From positions 12,214,001-12,278,000 of the forward strand of contig CP075495.1 of assembly GCA_021613535.1 (NCBI GenBank): DNA of 64,000 nt, in the 5' to 3' direction. This document shows, piece after piece, positions 54,412 to 64,000 of the stretch. The first letter of the stretch is position 1. Every line of letters begins with the position of its first letter. The translations under genes were made by a program, and so were the position numbers. This stretch comes from Adineta vaga. Lineage: Eukaryota; Animalia; Rotifera. The notes below the pieces were generated by a model that did no database searches, had not been told where the DNA came from, and saw only the letters and a program-made list of their open reading frames with translations.

Positions 54412-54966
54412 CTACCAACCCATTGTCCCAGGTTCACCTTTAAAAGGTCCAACAATATCTTTTGTTATCCATCCACCATAAAACTGTCCTGGTTGTGGAG
54501 TTACACGTTCTCCATCGACTCGGCATTCATCCATTTTATTAGCATAAATAGCAACATGATCTTTGATTCTCGAAAAATACGGTTCTGTTGGTTTTGCATA
54601 AAACCAAGCTGCATTTTCTGCTGTTTTACCGTTGACTTCTATGGTATAATAATTAGCCGTTCCTTTCCATTCACAATACGATGATTTTTCTTTTGAATTT
54701 AATTTAAAATATTCGTCGAGACGAACATCTTCTGGTGGGATATAATAAGTAGGCGGATGACTTGTTTCTAAAAGACGTTTTGCTCGTCGAGTATCAACAA
54801 TTTTGACGCCATTAAATATCACTTCAATATGTTTTGAAGTATCTTCAAGACGAGGTGGTCGAGGATAATCCCAAACAGATTCTTGTCCAGGACCTGGCGG
54901 AATACGTTGAGGTTTAAAACTAGCCATTCTTTGTTGTTTAAAAAGAATTCTCCATAATGAACGCAT
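54412..54966 (-). CDS. DUF427 protein, intronless, bacterial-like (candidate horizontal transfer)
   Basis: PGPGQESVWDYPRPP, LETSHPPTYYIP, SYCEWKGTANY, AAWFY, PQPGQFYGGWIT..IVGPFKGEPGT.GW match bacterial DUF427 proteins. Intronless and more GC-rich than its flanks. Confidence 0.9.
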   Translation of the reverse strand: MRSLWRILFKQQRMASFKPQRIPPGPGQESVWDYPRPPRLEDTSKHIEVIFNGVKIVDTRRAKRLLETSHPPTYYIPPEDVRLDEYFKLNSKEKSSYCEWKGTANYYTIEVNGKTAENAAWFYAKPTEPYFSRIKDHVAIYANKMDECRVDGERVTPQPGQFYGGWITKDIVGPFKGEPGTMGW

Positions 54967-55203
54967 TAAATTAGAAACATCTAAGATAAAATAAATTGAT
55001 TATGTCTATTCATACTTAGTTTGAATAATTTCTCTTCTATCAAATCAATCAAGAACAGTTGCGGCCACATTTCATCATTAAATGAAATGAAAAACATATG
55101 AGGAACTGATGAAATATAAAAATAACAACAATTTTTTCATTCTCGTTTTTCTTTCATTTATTTCCTACTATAATAGTAATAATACAATAGAAAAAGCAAA
55201 CTA

Positions 55204-55533
55204 TTACGGAGGTGGAGCTTTAGCAATACATAATGGTTTCAATTTCGTCAATATATCTAATGTTGTTAATTTCGATGCTTTAAAAATAGCTTTTGATGCA
55301 TCAGCAAATTCAACAGTAATAATAGGTTCCGACAGATCCGATTTAATTGTTGGTTTAACAAACATTTTCGGATAATGTTTTGCAACAGAATCATCTGTTA
55401 TAATATGTAGAAAATCTCTTGTTGGTCGTGAATCTAATCGCCATGGATCAAATGATACCAATACAGTACGAATAGCATGTAGATCAAATGTTGGGAGAAG
55501 ATTTCTAATCTCTCTTGACAACCAATTTGTCAT
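55204..55533 (-). CDS. MRPL53: Mitochondrial ribosomal protein mL53
   Basis: VLVSFDPW...TRDFL...PK..VK..IKSDLSEPIITVEF.D...IFKASKLTTLDIL pattern. The ATG at 55533 follows a pyrimidine-AG acceptor. Confidence 0.8.
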   Translation of the reverse strand: MTNWLSREIRNLLPTFDLHAIRTVLVSFDPWRLDSRPTRDFLHIITDDSVAKHYPKMFVKPTIKSDLSEPIITVEFADASKAIFKASKLTTLDILTKLKPLCIAKAPPP

Positions 55534-55651
55534 CGTTGTTTCAAGATCTCTAAAAAAATATTGTATTAAGTGTATTAAGTTACTGAATAGAATAGAATCC
55601 AATAAAACTAAGAAATAAACAAGAGATAAACAACCAATGATATGATGAATG

Positions 55652-55666
55652 CCAATGGTGACGTCA
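55652..55666. promoter_or_regulatory. CCAAT + CRE (TGACGTCA) upstream of MRPL53
   Basis: Perfect CRE palindrome at 55659-55666 next to CCAAT, ~125 nt upstream of the MRPL53 ATG. A TGACG half-site follows at 55671. Confidence 0.4.
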
Positions 55667-58600
55667 GGGATGACGCTACCAGACGGAAAAAGATTTGTGA
55701 TAGTCATATATCTATAATTGAGAATTCTTTTTTTTTAACGGTTGTTCTTGTGTATTGATCGTATAATCCAGGCATAGAAAAAAAGTACCAGATGAGATGA
55801 CAGCGAAATTAGAGTGTTAATATTTATGAAGGAATTTGTGTTACTAATCAATATGTTCTAATCTATCTTGCAATATCAAAGTGTTTCTTAACCTTGCAAA
55901 CGTCTTATATTGTGTAAGCTCTATCAAGCAATTAAGGATTGATCAAATTTAAACGTTGATTGATCTTATGAATATATATTTCATTTAATTCGTATTTCAA
56001 AACGATATTTCTCATTGTATTATGTATTTAAGTGCACTTCATTTTTTTTTTCTTTGTATTCAAACTTCATTAATGTATTTATATGCATTTATGATAGACA
56101 GATTTGTAAGTTTTAACCATATAAGCACATCCATTTCTTTCGACATCTATACCACGATCATACGCAGTACGTCGTAGTTTGTCCTTCCATCCTATATGCA
56201 CGAGAAAACGAACGAGCCGAAAGGCAACATGGCCCATTATCTTTGCAGCACTACTGCCTTCATCATATCACATCTGTTTCCCTTCGCGTACTCGACTGCG
56301 GCGCCGGCAAAAATTCTCTCGTTTCACATACACATCCTTTTTCTTCGTCTTTCTTGTCATGTTGATGTAGCACACACACAAAAAATAAGTCGAAGCTTTG
56401 CATTTTTTTTCCTCTTTCTCCTCGTGTATGACTAGTAAGTAAATTCTCCCCCAGCTAGGCAGATTCTGTATGCACATCGCTTCGTCAAAAACTTTCCATC
56501 ATCGTTTGTATGCAAAAAAGTCCTGTACGCCATCCAATGCATATAAAACTGTCAGCTAAATAGAATGTACGAGAATCAATAAAATACATTTGTAGATAAA
56601 TATAACTTTTGATCGTAAAATTTCACATAATCGTGTGAGATTAAATAGAGTTTTATAAAAAAAAGAAAGAAGGTTTCTCATCATGATATACACATACATA
56701 CTTATGTATATAGTGCAGACTGAAAGTGCATACATTCTTCTCTTATTTTCATTCTTTACTTCTCTCCGTCGCTTTTTTTTCTTCTTTTCTATCTTTTTCT
56801 CTCGGCAGCTTAATGAACGTATATATAGAAAAGAAAGAGAGAAATAAATAGCGTCGTTATTCAGATTCTAGCTTGCCCGATTACTTGACATTCTCCGTTT
56901 TTTTTTCTTTTTCTCTTCTACTCGCTTTCGCGTTTGCGAGTGAATAATAGATAGAAGTGGAGCAACGTCGACGATGACGATGATAGCTGCAGGCTTGAAA
57001 TACTATATCTTCTACGTCTTCGTCGTCGCTGTCGAAGAAAAAGAGAGCGAGAGCGAGAGAGAACGAGAGAAAGAGCGAATGAGAGAGAAGGAGAAAATGG
57101 AGAAAAAAACCGACGAGAATGCGAGTGCGTGCGTGTGCATACAACTTACACGCACAGGATAGACAAGAAGAAAAGAGAAAAGGGGGCTGTTGCTCGCTCG
57201 CTCGCTCGTCTATCCTGCGCGATTCATTTTTGTGAGCAAGCGCGCAAGCACAAATGGGCATGTATGTATCACGATGGGATGCGGGACGTAATATGGAAGA
57301 GAAAGGTGGGGAGGGACGAGAAGGGGGGGAAAGAGAAGAGCGAGAGAAGTAAAAAACATAGAGAGCGAGCGCGTAAGCGAACAAACGATCGTGTCATTTG
57401 GAGTCTCCTATCTACTGTTGCTGTTGATCACTGACAGTACACAGTATTGGTCTAGTAAAGAAAAAAAACATACCACCAAAAAAAACATACTTAAATCTTT
57501 TCAAATTAACTTAAATAAATATTATATATTTACAAGAAATTTCTTTTTTGAGAATAATTTCGATTTTTTTTCTCATTTGGTTAGTGTTATATACATATAT
57601 GTATTTATCGAGAATAAAATCACACAGCAAATATAGTCAGTTATATAGACGACATTAGAGAACAATATACAGTCGTCACTACTCCAATCTTTTGTGTATT
57701 ATGCATACACACACAGCATCTATTAATGACTCTATGTGTGCCTCAAGACTCGTTCTCGCTTTCTTTCGTATGCTCTTCACATCTAATAACATACCAGCTA
57801 TCGACAGGAGGTACACAGCAACACATAAAAAAAAGAAGAATAAGACGAAGAAGAAAAAGAAAAAGAAGAAGAAGACGAAGAAGAAGAAAAGAGCTGTTGT
57901 TATTGTTATTGACTGGTTTTTCGATTTTTATTATTGTTTTTGTTCATAAGAATGAGTAAGAAATCATATGAGAATAGTTAAGTACTAGAAACAAGAAAGA
58001 ATACGTTGATTTTCATTTTACTATTAAATACATCTATCTATTTATATATATAATACGTTCTTTATCTTATTTGTCCATATTCTAGTTTTTAGATAATTAT
58101 ATTCAAATATTTCTAATGAAATTATTTTTACACAATGAATACCTATTTAAAGCAATTAAGTGTACTTTTTTTTAAACTAGACATCATCTTGTCATGCAAT
58201 GTCTTTTAATTAGATCGTTCTTCGAATAATTTTTTTTTTCTTGATCAGTTGCGTACGTTCTTTTTACATTTTATTATTATTATTATTTCATTCTATTTAT
58301 TTATTGCATAATCATATGAAAATAGTCGTCGGGTGTCGACGTAATGACCTTGCAAGATGTCATAGATAGTCGACAAATGAAAAAAAATTCGAATAGTAGT
58401 AGTAATTGTTGTTTTCGTAAGTTTCTTTGCTTTATGCTTCTTCCTACGTTTCTACATTGTTAAGAAATGATTATCATTCTTTGCCGTTTATGCGTCGTCG
58501 TAGTAGTAAAAAGAAGAGAAGAAAAAAAAGAAACAAACCTGAATAATGACGTGGCATATGATAATACAAAAGAACGAAAAAGAACGACTATACGTTCTTT

Positions 58601-59181
58601 TTTCCTACCAGTTGCCCACTATAAAAACCCTGCGCACAGATTGTCTTTTCCTCTTTTTTTTCGATCGATCGTACTCATCTGACCTTTTTTTCGTTTTCTT
58701 TTTCTCTCTTTTTAGATAAAAATCACAAATTAACCGTATACTTCGATTTTTTTCGTCATAAATGATATCCTTGAAAGATATGAATATCAAATAGATATAT
58801 TTTTGTACTTATTCTCTTTTTCCCATCTTATTCGATTATTAACATGTTCTACGACAAAAACAAAACAAAAGAAACAGAAAAAAAAAAGAAAAGAAAAATT
58901 CATTTTAACACGTGATCTTATCATCATTTAAGCGCGTGTATATATTTCTGCGTGTGTGTATTTATAAATAGATAGAACGAAGGAACTAACTGATGTCTGA
59001 CGAGATCATTTATATATATGTATATACATATATATATAAATTCATGATGAGAATATAACTTATAGTCGTGTGTATTTCAATTGTCTTTTTTTTCCTAGTT
59101 TATATTCATTCAAAAAAACGAAAAACAAGCGCAATTTTATTAAAAAATATATCAAACCATAATATTTATGTTCTAGATTCG

Positions 59182-62100
59182 ATGAGTCGTCCTCTTTTTC
59201 GAGCACGAAATCTTGATCCCAGTAAACGTATCCGACTCCTCGTCGATCAACATGATGATAACAACAATACACTCACTAATCCAACATCAACTTCATCATC
59301 TTCTAGTAATAATCTTCTCGTTTCTCTTTCATCCACATCTAATATTCAAACATCTCAACAATCAACAGTATCAAATTCACAATTACCACAACGATGTGCA
59401 CCACAAATGCCCTTCGTATCGGGAATGGAACGAGAAGAAGAATCGGTAGAATACAGAATAATAACGCTATATACACGCAGAAGAAAAATCGCACACAATT
59501 CTTCATCTATTTAGGAATATCATCTTCAGAATGCTTTGGATGCTCAAAGACGACTTGGTTCAGCAAAGATGCGTGCTGTACCGATTCCTGATCTCTATGA
59601 AGATCTCAATAGTCAGTCGATATATCCAGCAAATATACAATTACCTAAACAACTTATTCGTTTACAACGTATATATTGAATCGAAATAATCCTATAGAAC
59701 GTTTGTCTATGAAAAACTAACATTTGTTTTAGCTCTACAACTTGAATCCGATGAACCAGAATATGATATGGATAAAGTCGATCATGATTGGTTCAATGAT
59801 TGTGGTCGAATATCTTGTCCAAATCTTACACATCTTGAATATGAGAACATTATTGATAAACTTGAGAATGCAAGCACACGAACGCTTATTTCATTCGATG
59901 AAGCACGAACATTACTTCCAAATATTGATATATCACATTTAAAAACTGCTTATACATTTTGGAATGGACGACGAACAACAGGGGTAGAGTTTCATTTCAT
60001 TTCTCGTTTTATTATGCCAAAAAAAGGAAAAAGACAGAATTTTATATATTAGATCAGCATTTATCTGATATGTTAACTATATTTTTTTTTCTTACTTTGG
60101 CTAAGTTTTGTTTTATTTTCATCATCTTTATTAACATACTTTATTAGGACAAACGATTGAAAGCGCGTTTGCTCACAGAACGTGATATCAAAGAAGAAAA
60201 AGGAAAACATCATCCTTATGTGGCATTTCGACGACGTGTTGAAAAAATGACCACAAGAAAAGTAGGAGAATTTTAATCTTGCGAAAGAAAAGCATCAGTT
60301 CTATTTTCGTATATTTTTTCTTCATAGAATCGAAAAAATGAAGAACAAGCATATTTATCTATGCTTAAATTGCGTTCAAATTTCGAAGCTCTCGTGTATG
60401 TTGTATTTCTATAGACATATGTATATATTTGATTAAAGAATTGTTTATTTATCTATTAATAGCAAGTTGACAAATTCAATCAAAGCTCGGGAGACCATCA
60501 AAATGTCATTGCTTGAATGTGCTCTGTCCATTTTTAAAGCACGGTACGTAACATATCCATCATTTGATGGGAAATAAAGAGTCTCGTTTAATGTAATCTA
60601 TATGCTATCTGTGTTTTTTCTCATATTTGTCCAGGTGTGAATCGAAACCGGATGATGAAATATCAGCTATGACGTCTTCGAAATACTCATCTATCACATT
60701 GCCGACCAATCATGATCGACATTCTCATTATCAACATGCTCGTTCGAATTTGAAAACATCTCTATTGATGAACAGTAATAGTAGTTTAACAGCTACTGAA
60801 CATCAACGATTATTGTCGCAATTGCTTCGACTCGATAATCAAAAGAAAAGTCAATTGTCATCATCAACATTAGCTAGTCTTCTTCAAACACCTATTCAGT
60901 CACAACAAACACGATCATTATCAAATGATACTAATGAGTCCTTGCAACCGAAATTAAAACGATTCAAAGGATCATTAGATTCTTCAACAAATAATAATAA
61001 TAATCTTTCATCATCGAAAAAATTCCATCGTAAACTTATTCATGTGAGAAATTCTTTTCGTTTCATGCTTCAACAATATTCTTTCGATTTTTATTTTAGC
61101 CTGACAAACTAACACAGTTATTGTCTTCACCAACAACACCATCATCTCCTATTGTACATAATTTGGCCTTAACACCATCCACTAACATACCACAATCTAT
61201 ACTGGAACGATTGTCACCGGGAAATGTGTTTTCATCTCAACAACAGCAACAATTCTTGCAACAACAATCTGGTCGACGTCGTCCAAAAAATCAAACATCA
61301 GGGACAATTAAACAGGGAAAAAACCATCGAAATCTTCCATTGGCAGATTTATGGTCCCTAGCAGAAAATACATCAGGTGGTGCAATCTTGCTTAAAGCTC
61401 AACTTCTTGAAGCAGCAAAAAAATTGCAACAAAAAGAGGTAATAGAAACGAATGCATCTTAAAAATCAAATAAATGTTTCTTTTTATTAGGAGCTTGAAA
61501 ATAGCACAAATCGTCGTGTTATTTTGCAAGATGGTTCATCTATATTATCTACATCAAATGAAAATATCAATGGTTCATTTGATGGAATGGGAACGAATAT
61601 TGATGATGAAGAATCCAATGATCCATGGCAATTTCGACCAAAAGTTGGATGTAGATATCTAAGGGTATGTCTAATAGTTTGATTTAAAAGAAAAATGATC
61701 TTATTATTTCAATATGTTTTAGCCAATTGACCAAGATCAACAGCAGCGAGTACAACCTCAACGTTCGGCTTTTTCATCATTTTATTATGTGGCTTGTTCT
61801 GAACGAGGTCATCTTGGCAAACGACGTGTACGATTAGGAAGGGGCGGAAGGTATATAAATTCATATTTGAATTGCTATTCGAATAAAACTCATACGAACT
61901 CTAATTATTTTATAGACTGCTCTACGATCGACATATTGAACAGGAGAATAAAGATTTGATAGATGAAACATTTCTCTCATCACATATCACAAATAAGTAC
62001 GTATTCGATAGATTGAAAATATATTCTCTGTTTATTGAAATTATTTTAGACCCGTGTTATGGCGTCTTTCATCTCGACCAACATTGAAAGACTCGTATCG

Positions 62101-62825
62101 TCTTCATTCGTATTTGACAGTTAAAGATCATACAATGTCATTAGCACATCATTATCATTCGAAATCATCAGTAAATTCATCCATTCATTTCAATGATTCA
62201 CTCTACGATGTAAATAATTCTTTATCGTTGAATACTGGTGGTAAACAACCTCCGTCGTTATCATTGTCATCCTCTATTGAACTTGATCATCCATATTCAT
62301 GTTCATCACGACGTGTCAGTCAAGCTTTGCGTACATTAGCTGAACCGCAACCTCCATCACCCTCATCACCACCACCATTATCATCATCCAATTCAATTTC
62401 GACAACACAACAGATGATGCTCATGTCAACACCACCTACACCACCACCGTCATCAACGATAAATAATAATGATATAGATATTTCGCAACAAGACCAATCC
62501 GAACAGCAACAATTTTATACAAAATCATCGACAATATCATCATTTGTTCTGTCTCCGGGGACACAATTTTTCTCTTCACATCATCAGTCATATGTTATTC
62601 CGTCAACACTACCGCCTCCGTCGTCGTCGTCGTCATCACCATCGACAGCATCTCAGCAAACATCATCATCATCATCTTCGACTATTCAACCATCATCACC
62701 AATATCAGCAAAACAAGCACCATCTTCATGTGGTCTTGTCCAATTAGTTCAGCTACATCGTATACATCCTCCAGCTAACACGCATAAATTTGCATCATCA
62801 ACACCGGTGACTACATCCGATTCTT

Positions 62826-62827
<2 letters not shown>
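59182..62827 (+). CDS. EPC1: Enhancer of Polycomb homolog (NuA4/TIP60 subunit)
   Basis: FRARNLD, SGMEREEESEYHLQ, EPEYDMD, HPYVAFRRRVEKMTTRKNRKNEE..Y..MLKLR, RRVRLGRGGRLLYDR; S/P/Q-rich tail. EPC1 versus EPC2 cannot be resolved. Confidence 0.93.
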
Positions 62828-62857
<30 letters not shown>

Positions 62858-64000
62858 AATATGTGTTTCTCTGGTTTTTATCATCATTATGGGCTTGTAT
62901 CCCTTTAATGTGTATGCGCGCGTGTGCGTATGTATATTTGTTCTTGTGTTTTCTTGCCCATTATTTTGGTTTGTTTGTTGTTTCATTCATTCATGCTCCT
63001 TCATTTTTTTTCTTTTTCCTTCTTTTTTTATGTCTGTTTGTTTGTTTGTTTGTGTGTATGTGTGATCATTATCTCTTGTTGTTCGAACAGATGAATCTCG
63101 AGAAGATCAAAGCTCGACGTTTTGTTTTCCTCGATTAACAAAGTATACATGATCACACACAAAAAAAGTAACTATAACAAAAAAAAACTTAGGAAAAAAA
63201 CCATTTCTTTGTATCTCTTTTTTTTGTTCTTTTGTGCGCGTGCGTCTATACACATTTCTTGGGTAAAACATTTCTTTCGTTTATGAAAGCAATTGAATGA
63301 TGATAGTGAATAAAAACCAGTCACACATCATACACTTATATTTCATGGTTGAGATGAAGAAAAACTACCGAGAATCAATTTAGTTTTTATATGATCAAAA
63401 AGCGAACAATTATAATTTCATATTTGAAAAAAGAAACTATGACTAATAGTCAAAAAAGAAATAGTTTTGTAATTGTTCATAGAATTGATGCGGTTCATCG
63501 TCATAGAAACTAATAGATCTTCGAGTTTCTTTTCTTAACTACAACTTTTAACAATGCATAATGACCTTTATATTTTAAATATACTCAATCAAAAATAATA
63601 TTGATTATTGTTTCATTGCAACTAGTGCACAAGAAGCCATAAAAATGCAAAAATTCATTTTTTAATGTACACTATACGATCTATCATGTCAAGATATAAT
63701 TACTAAAATATGATTTTGTTCGTTAGAAAACCTATTATTTACATTCATCATTGTATTGTCACTTTCTTCTGTTTATAATAATGAAATGATCACACATGAT
63801 CTTTCTTTTTGTTGTTGACAAAGAACAGATCGTAACGATTTCGATTAGTTGTGTTATTATCTGATGACAAATTACTTGATAGAAGTTTAAGTCAATATAA
63901 TCGAATATTTGAAATTTGTTTAAGAATTTAAAATCATTTCAAACACTTCCTCTAACAGTTGAAAATGAAACAAACTGTTGTACGATAATAAATTGATATA

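Noticed and set aside
54412-54966. DUF427 as bacterial contamination
   Set aside because: It is flanked within ~0.2-0.5 kb by clearly eukaryotic genes, has a eukaryotic acceptor, and uses host-like codons (CGA, A/T-ending).
56207-56230. Hammerhead-like CGAACGA-GCCGAAAGGC-AACA
   Set aside because: The core CUGANGA and GAAA are not matched, and stems I and III are absent.
56881-57959. ORFs of 62-167 aa rich in K/R/E/S/L
   Set aside because: These are translations of GA/AAG simple repeats upstream of EPC.

Overview
AT-rich, gene-dense eukaryotic (metazoan) genomic DNA with many short (~45-80 nt) GT-AG introns. The composition, intron size and an intronless bacterial-type gene suggest a bdelloid rotifer, but this is an inference. 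About 20 protein-coding loci were reconstructed by hand-splicing: Cordon-bleu-like, class B GPCR, C8orf82-like, an atypical cytochrome P450, ST7, ZUP1, an orphan low-complexity nuclear protein, CCDC180, CPT1, TFG, spatacsin/SPG11, a small Cys-rich single-pass membrane protein hosting an antisense nested kelch gene, S1P phosphatase, MORN1, two Chibby paralogs, DUF427, mL53/MRPL53 and Enhancer of Polycomb. No tRNA, rRNA, CRISPR array or recognisable transposon was seen. Main points of interest: (1) an operon-like MORN1-Chibby junction with a possible TAATG stop/start overlap, plus splice acceptors just upstream of 11 start codons (possible SL trans-splicing or polycistronic units); (2) a kelch gene with an RFX X-box-like site filling the intron of an unannotated transmembrane-adaptor-like gene; (3) CCDC180 carrying at least 4 frameshifts but no nonsense substitutions; (4) a probably horizontally acquired DUF427 gene with an added presequence-like N-terminus next to MRPL53; (5) a P450 lacking the catalytic I-helix Thr.
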